The notes under the pieces: generated by a model | Database searches by the model: none | What the model saw: only the letters and a program-made list of their open reading frames with translations | Told to the model about the DNA's origin: nothing | Program-made: the position numbers and the translations under genes | NCBI RefSeq assembly: GCF_021869535.1 | Contig: NW_026262690.1 | Location: 28,520,001 to 28,584,000, forward strand | DNA length: 64,000 nt | Source of the DNA: Mytilus californianus | Taxonomy: Eukaryota | Reading direction: 5' to 3' | In this document: one piece after another, positions 49,801 to 62,615 of the stretch | How the letters are laid out: the number at the start of each line of letters is the position of its first letter | How positions within the stretch are numbered: the stretch's first letter is position 1

Positions 49801-52439
49801 AAGCATTCATTAGTAATCATACACATATGGGTGTCATTGACTAAGGATAAAGTACAGAGTTTGTATGCATTGCACATAACATTGTTTTGAAGAAACAACC
49901 GGTCACAGCCTAAATAATAATTAATTTATCTGTCTAATATTTATTATAATTTAATACCGCATATGTTTAAATTTTGGTGTTCGTGTTGTATCTATTGCAG
50001 TGAATTGCATTTTTATGTCAGTTTTCAAGATTCACTACAGGCTGATCAACCCAGGATTGTAAAATTACTACTGGGCTTATATAGAGGCCAATTAAATGTG
50101 CATTTAAAAAGAAGAAATTAAAAAATTAAAAATAATAAAAAATAAAAAATAAAATAAATGAGCAACAAGCCTGTGGCTGCAACATTTAACTGTGACGATG
50201 ACACAATCATATAGAGATGGTTTTGTTTTATAAATCTAATTCATATTTACGGATGAGTTGTTTGTGATTATTGATTATTATCAAATTTTACATTGGTAAT
50301 TTGTTTCATGATTTCATTATATGTATATTTGCATTACGGTAAGCAAGCAACAATTGGTCCCAAAATGTACATCTTTTGAATTTTATTAGTGTTCGTAACT
50401 TTTGTTGCCATGCAAAACACATTTTTTTTGTAGTTATGAAGCAGTGGGCAATATAGTGAACGAGAACAATAGAAAATCCACCCTTATAAAAAGTCGAGAA
50501 ATCAATAATAAATAATAATCTTTAAAACAATGCAGGTGACGATACTGATCAAAAGTTATTTTTAAACAACTTTTGTATATTTTAAAGAAAGTATTTGTTA
50601 AACTGTGTTATAAAAATATCCACATGCAAATACACGATGTTTAGTGTTCAGTAATGATCTAGCTAATTGCATTAGAAGCTTGTGAAACTGAAGTCTAAAA
50701 AATGTGAATCTTTGCTGTATATTGATACAAAAAATTGGAGGAAAAAAAATTATGCACATACAAAATCTAAAGAATTTTCAGGTCACCCATTTTCGGAGTG
50801 TTCCACAAAGTCACTTGAAGTATTTAAAAAAATATATATATATATATATATAAATTGATATTTATATTGTGTTACAAAATTCTGAGTTTATTTTTAGCAA
50901 TCGTGTCTGCTTAGCTCAGACAGTCAGCAGGAAAAAGCAAACCACACCAATAACTGTCAGTTGCAGCTTCTGCAAGAAAGTCAACCAAAGACTACCAGCT
51001 ATATTGGTATCTGTACCACAGTTAAACAGCAACCAAATCTGTTACAAATCAGTCAGGATTCTACTTCGTCAAAATTATCTCCCCATAACGCCACCTAATT
51101 TTTATAATCGTAAAAATGGAAGAGTTTGCAGTGATGACGCGCTGTCAATTTAGCTCTTGAAACCGATAAATATATCCACATAGAATAATTACGATCCTTA
51201 TATGCAAGTTGTATTTTAAAAGATAAATGTATCTACTAGCTATTTAGCATCATTTAATGCACTTTTATGCATCTGATCAACTTAAAACTTTAATCTGATC
51301 TGTTGTCAGGTGGAATTTTCGAAAGTTCTAAAATATTAAAAAAAAAATCTAATTTAATATTTCATGGAAGGGCAGACTAAAAATTTTCAGAGGTTGAAGA
51401 CTAATTATCCTAGATAACACACACAAAAAATGAAGTTTTTTTGAAGATATGCATTTTAAAGATCCAACTTACAAGTCTGTCGTCAAGTACTTTTAGTAAA
51501 AATTTGTTTTTCGAACACACCTATTCTGCTGTTATGACTCACTAGAAAGGTATTTCACTTGACCCATATATTTTATTTTTTAGTACTGTAAATTTTTAAT
51601 GTTATTATATCAACCTAGAGCCTCAAAATATAAAATTAATAGAATCTGAAGCGAGGTGATGTGTAAAATATTTTTCTTTTATTCGTTTTCAAGTCATAAT
51701 AGTCATCTCAAACACGCCTAAACAAAAAAAGGTGTACTCGACTTTCTCTTTTTGATGAAATTATTGCCCATTTTCGGGGTTTTTTCCAAAAAACTGTCGC
51801 CGCGGGCAGAGATGCAAATTACTGCTTTAAAAGGGCCAATCTGTTATCTTTCTTTGGATTTTTTTTCGGCGGAATTCATGCTAATGCACAAAAAAGATCC
51901 AACTGTATTTGCACCTACCACAATCGACTGGACTGTTTTGTGAAAAATTTTCTATGATTTAAAAGTTTACAAATATCTCGAAAGTCCATACTATAATTCA
52001 TGTAAAAACACATATGTAAGATGCAAAAAATCCTAAATTATGCACCTTTATTAAACTTTTAAAGCCCATAGAAAGAGATGTAAACAATTAAAATATACCA
52101 ATTTTACTTTTTTACCTTCTCTAACAAAGAGTTCCATTTCTTTTGTTTAATTTCAACTGGGCTTCCGCCTGAAATCGGGGGTACATAGTATTAGCATTTA
52201 CCACATCAGCCTTCTTCAACCGAATGTTAAATACAACGGCAGATGTATACACCACTACAAGTACAGATGATACTACATATACTTTTACTTTAACACTAGA
52301 ACCAGTCGAGATCATTAATTAGGTAATGTTACCTTAAACTTTGCAATGTCAGTGGCATTGAATACAATTAGTCAGTCTTATCAAATAACTAATGTTTGCA
52401 TGCACACTGATATAGCTTTTAATGTTTCTGAAGGTATCT

Positions 52440-52950
52440 GAGAAAAAGTTGTAAAATGTCAATATATTAATTTTGGTATATTGATGTCAACCAATAATTC
52501 AAAGCCAGGTACACGTAAGCTAGTTTTAGAAGGGGTAAATTAGTTACACAATACACAAAATAAATTTCGTTTCTTTCATTGGGCAATGAACATCTGTTAA
52601 ATAAGTGTACATGTATATTGTACAGCTCATCCAAGTAGATCCATAAATTACTAAAGATTGTTGTTTTGGGTGCAAAGCGAAATATTAGCATTCTTTTATG
52701 GAAGTTGTATGATGAGCAATTCAGGTTACGTGAAGCATTTGATCCAGCAAGTTTATGCGGGAAAGTGGATTTAGAGCTTTGGTTATTAAACATGCAGGAT
52801 ATTATAGGCATTCCCTATTTAGGAATATTTTCTGCTGTTTATCGTGCATTGTCGGCCAATGCTTATATGCATAAAAGGTTGAAGAGCTATTCTTTCAATA
52901 ATGATGGTAAATGTTTCAAGCCTTTCTGTCATAATAAAGTCGCAGTTGAG
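52440..52950 (+). pseudogene. DIRS/Ngaro-type (tyrosine-recombinase retrotransposon) ORF1/gag relic
   Basis: EKVVKCQYINFGILM, VYCTAHPSRS..LLK, WKLYDEQFRLREAFDPASLCGKVDLELWL and SFNNDGKCFKPFC resemble the W..YD..FR...W..D..LW motif plus C..FN..C zinc finger of this gag family. Confidence 0.6.
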
Positions 52951-53244
52951 TAAACAGTTTGATAATTTTCCATCACAAATAAGAATTAAATCAAAATTAA
53001 ATGCAACAAAGAGTTGTGTAGGTTAACCTGTCAAGATGTGGTTGTTGGAAATTGTAAGACATTTCCAGAAGTGAAAAGATATTAGAATAGATAGGGTACA
53101 TCTCTCATTTGTAAAAAACAATTATTTTTTAAATACATAACTTAATTGCAAAAAGTAAAACATTGACGGGTTAAAATGCAAACATAATAGACATGTACAA
53201 GTACCCGGCCACGTCACTTGTATTTGTAGTATTTGGATTTTTAT

Positions 53245-53660
53245 TCATCTCATGAGTTAAACCTCTTTCAACTGATTTTTATAGTTCGTTCTTATGTTGT
53301 ACTGTTACACCACTGTTCCAGGTTAGGGGAGGGTTGGAATCCCGCTAACATGTTTAACCCCGCCACATTCTGTAAGTATGTGCCTGTCCCAAGTCAGGAG
53401 CCTGTAATTCAGTGGTTGTCGTTTGTTTATGTGTTACATATTTGTTTTTCGTTCATTTTTTGTACATAAATTAGACCGTTAGTTTTCTCGTTTGAATTGT
53501 TTTACATTGTCATTTCGGGGCCTTTTATAGCTGACTGTGCGGTATGGGCTTTGCTCATTGTTGAAGGCCGTACGGTGACCTGTAGTTGTTAATTTCTGTG
53601 TCATTTGGTCTCTTGTGGAGAGTTGTCTCATTGGCAATCATACCACATCTTCTTTTTTAT
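53245..53660 (+). repeat. Family A repeat copy
   Basis: Ends GAGAGTTGTCTCATTGGCAATCATACCACATCTTCTTTTTTAT. A partial internal copy lies at about 35435-35630. Confidence 0.88.
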
Positions 53661-55573
53661 ATATATGGATTGCTTTATATTGCCCACAACACTAGACAAA
53701 AAATCTTTATTGGGATTTAAAATAGTTTACAGCTTGAGTTTAGCTGGTTCAAATTAGGATAATGGATTTTAATTGTATTTATAAAGGAATTTCTAGTATT
53801 ACTGCTGATTTGGCAATGAAGAAAAAAGTGTTCCTCGTCATTTAAAATTTTGCAAACTTTACACACAATATTTGATAGTCGTGAATAAAATTAATAATTA
53901 CAAGGCAAATTACTAATCACAAAGCTAATTACTCATTGAATGAATCTATATTGCATTAGCAACAACATTGCTTTAGCAAAATAACAAGGTGTATACATAT
54001 ATGACAAATATAACAGAATACATAGAACAATGAAATGATGCAGATATAACTTATGATAACACATACATTTGTACAACATATATAAATGATAATCTGCGAT
54101 CTTAATTCACATGCCGCCTTTGAATAATTCCATAGTTTCTTTGTTACTCTTTTTGACCCAGCTTGTAACAAAAAATTTAGCTTTCGTGTATTTGGCCATG
54201 AACAATAATATTTTGGCAAAAAGATACATCTAAGTAGTCTATATACAGAAGTTACTGATATTGAAATTTTAGATGAATTGTATATCCCCCAAAAATAGAA
54301 ATAGTTCTGATTTAGTAGTCAATAATTTTGGGAGAAAATCTATTGATTTCTGTAAAAATAATAATGTTTTATATATAATGGCAGAATTAGAAATGATGGA
54401 GCTGAGAAATTCACCAGCAAAAGTTTGAGTGTAGTAGATTATGCTTTAAGTACGGCCGCTTATCTATTGAAAATTGTTGAAAATTTTGAAATACTAGAAT
54501 TCAGCAAATTGTACTCAGATATTCGTTCACCACTTTCACTGCCGGGTTTTGGGAGAGATTAGGTATGAATTTACACATCACAATGAATGTAATAGAAACA
54601 TTCCAGTAAAAATTAAACCATGGGAATTTGAGAAATCATTAGATTTTAAAAATAATGTTGAAATAGCTAGAGTTCAAGCAATTCTAGAAAATTTAGACAT
54701 TTTGAATACAAATACGACGGATGTTAATAAAGACAACGTGAATCAAGTTGTACATACAATTTCTGATATACTTTTTGAATCTGCAAAAAATTCTCTTGGT
54801 TTAACTTGTGAAAAGCAAAATTTTGAAAATACTAAAAAGCAATCAAACAAGTTATGTTTTAATTCTGACTGTTATAAAGCTAGAAAAGAGCTTAGGAAAG
54901 CTAAACGGCTATATAAACATTATGGTTCAAATTTATTCAAACATAGAGTTAAAATTGCTGAAATCTATTATAAAAATCTAATCATATTTAACCTTAACAT
55001 GCGAAAAAAGATGAAATATATAAGAGCGAAAAATTCCGAAGTATTCTGGAAAATTTTAAATCAAGACTTCAATTTCTCTAGAAACATTATTCGATTTTTT
55101 CAGAGATTTGAATGAAAATAAATATGACAAAAGATATGAATCTGTTATATAAAATAATATGGACCAAGAAAATTCAAATGAAATTTTAAATGTAAAAAAA
55201 TGGCTAAAGATGAGATGAAAACAGCTGTAAAAAAATGCAAAAAATAATAAGGAACCAGGAGAATATAAAATGATTAATGAATATATATGTTCTTCTTTGG
55301 ATAGTATGATAGATATTTATGTTCAATTGTTTAACTTAGTTTTTGATTCAGGAATTTTGCATGAAGCATGACTTATAGGTCACATGATACCAGAGTGCAA
55401 AAATAAAGAAGACAAGATGAATCCTGAACATTGCTATCTTGTTTGGAAAAGTTTTTACATCCATTTTGAATGATAGATTAAATGTTTTTATAGAGAATAT
55501 AATTTATTGCATGAAAACCAAGCTGGTTTTGATATGGTTACTAAACAAATCATCACATTATTTGTATTGTATG

Positions 55574-56978
55574 TGTTCCGGACCATATGTGTATTTGGAC
55601 CGTACGTGTATAGTCATAACCATATTGATATATACTCATATGGTCCGACCATACGCGTATGGTCCGGGTAATTAACATGATGAACATTGAAAAGGTGTTA
55701 TAATAAAAGTGCTTCTAAAAATGAATTTTACACTTATACAATCATATGGTAACCATTACAACATGATTAATGACATAAAGTGAATTTTATTCACAAGTTA
55801 GAAATATTTATAGAATAATTAATCGAAGAATTCAAATAGAGAAAAATATTCAACGAGTGACCGAACAACACATTAATTCACGAAAGCGCGTAGCGCATGA
55901 GTTAATTATCAGTGTTGTTCAGTCACGAGTTGAATATTTTTCGATATTTGAATTCTTTGATTAGTTATTCTTTTTATTACATTGGCAAATGGCTTTTTTT
56001 TATGAAATTAATGTAGAAAATGTAAGGAACTATATCTTTTTTCTACGCATTCACAATTTGTTTTGATCCGACGTTATCGACGTCTTGACAACGCCTAGTG
56101 TTGTATGACGTCAGAGAGTGAAATAACCACGTTTATTTCAAATGTGAAACTATCGGTTTTTATTTGACTGGGAAATCAATGTACATTCATTGCTACAAAT
56201 GTAATAATATAATATAATCTTTTTTGCGTGGTCATTATCGATTTGTTCTTACAAAACAGAAATGTCGACTTTGGAAAATAACTTCTAGAAATATCTAAAT
56301 GAAGTGTTGAATAAAAAGTCAATTGTTTTACTCGCAAGCACTTAGTACATCGAATCCTCTTTTTTTAAATTCATTTTTTTTTTTTAGTATTTAAATTGGT
56401 TTTTAGTAAATTAGAATTTCGTAAATATTTCAAATTGATATAAGTTATGATTTCTAATTCCTATTCATACGATCTAAGTTAACAATAACAGTAAAATGGT
56501 ATGAATCGGAGAGAAAACACATCAATTAAATGAAAAATAAGTGGAAATTAGAAGAAGTTTGTTTTATAAAATAACAAGAAAAATTTATTTCTAAGGAGCT
56601 ATTGACCAAATATAAAAAAATATATAAGCACTCAGGAAAAAAGAAAAGAAGGTCAATGCCAAAAAAAACTGTGGTTTCACTTACGGACGAAACAGTTGAC
56701 AGGATAAAGGGCTTTAAATTGATTCTTGCGAAGATTCAGACAAATAATATACATTTAGTAACTGTTCAGCCGTTTTTGGTTTGGAGAATGAGCTTTGTGA
56801 AGTTTTTATTTATAAAAAAACCTATATGGTATTAATACCCATATGGTCCGGTCCGTTAATGACCAACCGAGTATATACTCATATGGTTCGACCATACGCG
56901 TATGATCGGACCATATGAGTATACGCATATGGTCATGACCATACACGTATGGTCCAAATACTCATATGGTCCGGAACA
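55574..56978. mobile_element. Non-autonomous TIR element with TGT...ACA ends and 4-bp TSD (TATG), Ginger/Sola-like
   Basis: TGTTCCGGACCATAT at the left end and ATATGGTCCGGAACA at the right. TATG at 55570-55573 and 56979-56982. Removing the element restores the LINE RT sequence (..TTTGTATTG-TATG-CATTATTT..). Subterminal GACCATACGCGTATGGTCC palindromes are present. Confidence 0.88.
55800..56340. mobile_element. Hairpin-ended element (Crypton-like architecture) nested inside the MITE
   Basis: About 160-bp hairpin AATAATTAATCGAAGAATTCAAATA..AAAAATATTCAAC..GTGAC..GAACAACAC..-gcgcgtagcgc-..GTGTTGTTC..GTCAC..GTTGAATATTTTT..TATTTGAATTCTTTGATTAGTTATT, followed by a TGACGTCA-containing body. Confidence 0.6.
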
Positions 56979-58776
56979 TATGCATTATTTGAAATACTCT
57001 TTCTAAGAAAGAAAAAATTTGTATTGTGCTTTTGTTGATTTTGAAAAATCATTCGACTTTTGTTCACCGTAATTCATTATTTTTTAAACTTGTTAAAACA
57101 AATATTACTGGCAAATTTTAAAGAATTATACAAAATATGTATAAAGATGTAAAATTATGTATCAAACATAACAATGAAAATTCAGAAATCATTTTTCTCT
57201 GAAATTGGAGTAAGACAGGGAGAAAATTTATCGTCTGTATTCTTTTCATTGTATCTAGATGATTTACAATAATATTTAGAAACACAAGGTATTAGAGGTG
57301 CAGAATCTATCAACAAAGATGCTGAAAATGAACTTTCAGTATATTCAAAATATTTTTGCTTTTATGTGCAGATGATACCATTTTATTAACAGAGTCTGTT
57401 GGAGATTTACAATTTATGCTCGATAATTTTTCACAATATTGTTTAATGTGGAAAATTAGAGTAAATGTGGATAAGACTAAAATTTTTATTTTTTCAATAG
57501 GCAGCATGTCAAAAAATACTAATTTCTTTTTGAATAATAGAGAACTAGAAATATTTAAAAATTATGAATATCTTGGTATCTTTTTGACTTTTGTAAAAGT
57601 GGGTCATTCCCGTAAACAAGTTAGTATCTTAAAGAACAAGCAACTAAAGCTATGCATGGATTATTGAAGAAATTTAGAAGAAATAACTTATCTATTGAAT
57701 GTCAAACTGATTTGTTTTAAAAAAATAGTAGAACCTGTAATATTATATGGATCAGAAATTTGGGGTTTTGAAAATTTAGATGTTCTTGAAAGTATACAGT
57801 TGCGATTTTGTAAAATTATGTTGCATTTGAAACAATCAACACCTAACTAAATTGTATATGGTGAGCTAGGCATATTTCCTATATCGTTTCACATAAAGGT
57901 ACGTATGATAAATTTTTGTTGTAGACTGGTTAGAGGAAATGAAACAAAATGTTCCGCATAATTATATAAATTGTTACATGTTTACTACACAGATTACGGT
58001 TATCAATCTAAGTGGTTAAAATTTATAAAGAATATTTTAGATGTTTGTGGTATGTAAAATATTTAGCAGAACCAAACTGATTTTTCGTCAATATGGATTT
58101 CAAAACGTGTAGAACAGAAACCTAAGGATCAATTTATACAATTTTGGTATTCAGAAATGTTCAAATCTCCTAAGGCATTGTGCTATAGATTATTCAAACT
58201 CAAAAAATGCAATTTGCCAAGAAGCGAAAGAGTGTGTCCTCTCTGTGACACGATGGAAATTGGTGACGAATACCACTATATCATGTAGCTACTTTAATAA
58301 TGTTAGAAATGATGCTTCGCCCTTTTTGTCATGAAAATGTTAACATTACTATTTTCTTCAAACAATGTAATCATATTAAAAATTCTGATAAACTGTGTAA
58401 ATTGATTAAGAACGTCCAAGGAAAGGTTCCTCCAGGTTAGAACTTTTTAGTGTTTATCATATACAGGTATGTTATTCACACATGCACTACAAATTTGTAT
58501 ATTGTTAATATGTATATGTTATCTATAGCATTTGCTTTATTAGAATAAAGCATTCATTCATATTTGTCTAAAGTTCACTTATAATTTGTACGAAGGATAT
58601 ATGATAATTTAACATGATAGAAATTATGGCCTTTTATATATTTTTAACAGTAATAAATTTTAATTGCCTTGAGGAAACAGTTCTTGTATTCAACTCTTCT
58701 TAAACACTTTTCAACTGTTCATAATTTTAGGGTCTTGATTGTTTAAAAAGTGGCCATAAATGCAGGTGTTTGTGAA

Positions 58777-59822
58777 CACTCTTTTCGTCATTTAATCAGT
58801 TTATGTAATAGTGTAAACATGGCCAGTATCGTTGATCAGCTGGATACATTTGTCCAAGAAGTTCTGAAAATAGCAGAGAATAATGCATTAAAGCACAATC
58901 ATATGTACATCAAGGACAAGCTTAATGGGCTTACAGTTAAAATGAAGTATGCCAAAACAGTTTTGAAGAAAAATGATCAAGATAGATACTTGCTTTTAAG
59001 AAATATGATGTTGTCCAAGTACCTAAAAACCCACCAAGAAAGGCAATGGTAAACGTTGGGTATTTTAGTTCATATATCAAAGTTATACAGCTGCTTTGTG
59101 TGCGTAAGATTCGATTTTTAAAAAATAAACGAGATTTTTGGTACACACGAATTGGATCACAAACCAGCCACATAAAACAAGAGGTTAACATACAATCAGT
59201 GTTATTGCACTCTTTTCGTCATTTACTCAGTTGATGTAATAGTGTAAACATGGCCAGCATTGTTGATCAGCTGGATACATTTGTCCAAGAAGTTCTGAAA
59301 ACAGCAGAGAAAAATACACAATCATATGTACACGAAGGACAAGCTTAATGGGCTTACAGCTAAAATGAAGTATGCCAAAACAGTTTTGAAGAAAAATGAT
59401 CAAGATAGATACTTGCTTTTAAGAAATATGATGTTGTCCAAGTACCTAAAAACCCACCAAGAAAGGCAATGGTAAACTTTGTGTATTTTAGTTCATATAT
59501 CAAAGTTATACAGCTGCTTTGTGTACGTAAGATTCGGTTTTTAAAAATAAACAAGATTTTTGGTACACACCAATTGGATCACAAACCAGTCACATAAAAC
59601 AAGAGGTTAACATACAATCAGTGTTATTACACTCTTTTCGTCATTTACTCAGTTGATGTAATAGTGTAAACATGGCCAGCATTGTTGATCAGCTGTATAC
59701 ATTTGTCGAAGAAGTTCTGAAAATAGCAGAGAATAATACATCAAAACACAATCATATGTACACCAAGGACAAGCTTAATGGGCTTACAGCTAAAAAGAAG
59801 TATGCCAAAACAGTTTTGAAGA
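58777..59822. repeat. Tandem array of an about 425-bp unit (2.5 copies)
   Basis: CACTCTTTTCGTCATTTA recurs at 58777, 59208 and 59630 (periods 431 and 422). Confidence 0.92.
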
Positions 59823-60075
59823 ACATAAATAACAAACTATAAAACTTTTGACTGCTATTGCTGAAAGCAAGCTTATTGTAACTTACTGATTTTACTTAAT
59901 GTCAACAAACACACTCATATCGGCGACTAAACTTAAAGTCTGTCGAAAAGGAAAATATAGACACCAAGGAAATGTTAACATCGTGGATGAACGACAATGA
60001 TATACAACGCAATGATCTGCAGGTTTGCGCTTTGTACTGTTTCAAAAAATTCGTACTTTTCATAGAATAATCGAC

Positions 60076-60177
60076 CAAATCCATATTACAAATTATTGTA
60101 CAAGTTATAAGTGAATTTTAGTCAAATAATTGTACAAGTTATAAGTGAATTTTAGTCAAATTTTGTACAAATTGTAA
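60076..60177. repeat. Solo fragment of the Ginger TIR with an internal 34-bp duplication
   Basis: Matches 37935-38000 (AATCCATA..AATTATTGTACAAGTTATAAGTGAATTTTAGTCAAATTTTGTACAAATTGTAA). Confidence 0.8.
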
Positions 60178-60199
60178 AATTGACAACTACAATTTTTCT

Positions 60200-61150
60200 A
60201 AAAATGGCTCACTTAAAGCAAATGAGAAGCATTTAGCAGAAAAAGCTACGAGAGCCTTGTATGAAGGTACCAAAAAAGGAGACAACATGGTTTGTCAATA
60301 AGTTTTGAATTAGATTTAATTAATAAATTGGTTAACCTGTTTTTAAAATTACTTTAGGCTGTGAAATTTGGGAATTTAGAAATAATGAAATATTAGAAAG
60401 AGTTCATTTGAAATTTTGTAAACTTCTTCTGCATCTAAAATCCTTAGAAAACCTAGTAAATTATCAGCAATCACATACATGTTAACTTTACTATTGAATG
60501 TACAGAATCTTTTCTTAATGAAACTAGTTTATCTTATGTGTGGTTAGTTCAAATTTGTATTATTGAAATTTGGTTAAAGACTGCTATTGGAACATTTCTC
60601 CAAGATCAGTTTAAACAAACATGGTATTCACATATTCAAACAAACTCAACCGCCTTTTTAAATAACTTGATGGCTTCAAGAAGTACTGAGATATTTTTGG
60701 AACCCCGTGATATTGACACCTTCTGTCAATTTAGACTGATAAACCATAGATAACCAATAGAAAGTGATAGATGGAAAAAAATCAGAGATATAAAAGAATA
60801 TGCGGACAATGTGATTTAAAAGATCTTGGAGATGAATTTCATTATGTAATGAAGTGTACATTTATGGCTATAGAAAGAAAAAAATATATTGATAAAAAAA
60901 GTATATTGATTGTCCAAATATAATTAAATTTAAGGCAGTTATGAATGTGACCAAAAAAAATGTATTAAAAAAATCTATGTTCATTTATAAGGCATATTAA
61001 TTCAAGTGTCTTCTCCTGGCTGAATCTTTTGATTTATATTTGTAAATGGTGTACACATTATGTTTTCTTTTAATGTATATCTGTGCTATTTACTACATGT
61101 AACTTCTGTATATCATTGTATTGACAAAGGTTTATCAGAATAAAGATATA
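60200..61150 (+). mobile_element. Decayed 3' end of a further CR1/L2-group LINE
   Basis: GCEIWEFRNNEILERVHLKFCKLLLHLK, LQDQFKQTWYS, FCQFRLINHR*PIE and DLGDEFHYVMKC. AATAAA near 61137. Confidence 0.8.
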
Positions 61151-62054
61151 TATACTGTCGGCGGACAGAATAGGAACTACGTGGACGTCTAATTGATATT
61201 CTTTGAATTATGGAGGGAAAAGGGGGGTAGGTTCAGACGTAGCAAAATAAATAATCTGCCCCTTAGTCGTTGGTCTAAGTGAATAACAGTTTTTCAAAAG
61301 TCATGAAAACCACATATTTACCTCAGCATAAGACAGTAATAATATACTATCTCTTTTCCAAAAATAATCAAAATAAAAACAGAAATATGTCGGAAAAATA
61401 AATTCTTATTTACAACGTAAAATAGAACTCCTGACACACAGATATATAGGTACCGAAAAAGATGAGTATTGTTTAACTTCTGTGATGCACTGGTATATCA
61501 AGTGTAGATTTGACCACTGATTGCCGATCACGTTAGGTGTCATTTCGGTTTGTTACCTTTGCTGTGTCGTAAAGTGTTTTTTAATTTATTAACATAAAAA
61601 CAAAACCAAATTTTATAGTTTGCCTTTGGCCCGATGATTAGCAAATCTTTCCATCCTAAATATCAGAAAGCATTTCCCAGAACGACGCTGAAACAAAATA
61701 ATCTGCAAGACAGCGTTTCCTGTGATTTTTTTTTTCAATGGGCATTTATGATTAAATTAAATGATTTTGAGATACGGGGCAGTAATAATGAAATGAAAGT
61801 AAGTAGAGGATTTGAAACCTGTCTTAATAACAGCTTCATACAAAAAGAATGCATTCTTGTGTTCAATCGTTTAAATTTTGTGTTTGTGGGACCGTTTACA
61901 ACCTAATTAGAAACTTTCATAATGGTATGCATTACATTTTTATCAAGTAAATAGTTCTAGTGTTCCGTGAGATACAAGAGAGACCACCGCATACCACCCG
62001 ATTGAAGCATCACTCATCTCATCATCTCGTGTCTCCTGCATCTTCGTCAACAAA

Positions 62055-62140
62055 TATCTGAAAGCTAGCGTTACGCGTATCTGAAAGCTAGCGTTACGCG
62101 TATCTGAAAGCTAGCGTTACGCGTATCGGAAAGCAAGCGT
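62055..62140. repeat. 23-bp CpG-rich minisatellite (about 3.8 copies)
   Basis: TATCTGAAAGCTAGCGTTACGCG starts at 62055, 62078, 62101 and 62124. Confidence 0.92.
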
Positions 62141-62312
62141 TATCGTCGATCGCATACGAAAGCAATCGTTCTGAATATACACCGTGAACTGAGCAAATAA
62201 TCTTCGGGGAAATGAGATGTAGCAATGATCACCAAATATCATACGTGGTTTCCCTTAAACTGACCTAATCAAAAAAATATTGACGCCGCCACCGGAAACA
62301 GTATACTTTAGT

Positions 62313-62527
62313 CTCGCTTTTTGACCCCGACACTTTTTTAAGTAAAAAAAATAGAATAATAGGATAGCCGACACAATTATATGGCAATAGCTTAAGTCCT
62401 TATAGGTCAGGAGAGCGAAATCTCGCTTTTGACCCGACGCTTTTTTAAGCAAAAGAAACGATAATAGGATGGCCAACACAATGATATGGCAATAACTTAT
62501 GTCCTTATAGGTCAAGAGAGTGAAATA
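62313..62527. repeat. About 108-bp direct duplication in a HINE-like remnant
   Basis: CTCGCTTTT(T)GACCC..ATAATAGGAT.GCC.ACACAAT.ATATGGCAATA.CTTA.GTCCTTATAGGTCA.GAGAG.GAAAT occurs twice. The upstream CCTTAAACTGACC.AATCA is shared with 41325-41345. Confidence 0.7.
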
Positions 62528-62615
62528 AAGTGAAAACAGATTATACCTTTATTTTACAATATAAACAATTATTTTGAGAACTTTGTTCATTGCTGAAATT
62601 TGTATTCAATAGATA

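Larger units (their letters stand above)
54220..58550 (+). mobile_element. Decayed CR1/L2-group LINE ORF2 (APE end, RT, C-terminal CCHC), interrupted by a 1.4-kb MITE
   Basis: VVNNFGRKSIDFCK...SVVDYAL, GKVFTSILNDRL, LYCAFVDFEKSFD, IGVRQGENLS..FSLYLDDL, CADDTILL, VNVDKTK, YEYLGIF, ILYGSEIWGF and CPLCDTMEIGDEYHYIM. AATAAA lies near 58545. Confidence 0.9.

Noticed and set aside
50869-51153. ORF with CSFC as a zinc-finger exon
   Set aside because: A single CxxC, no second ligand pair, and no convincing splice sites.
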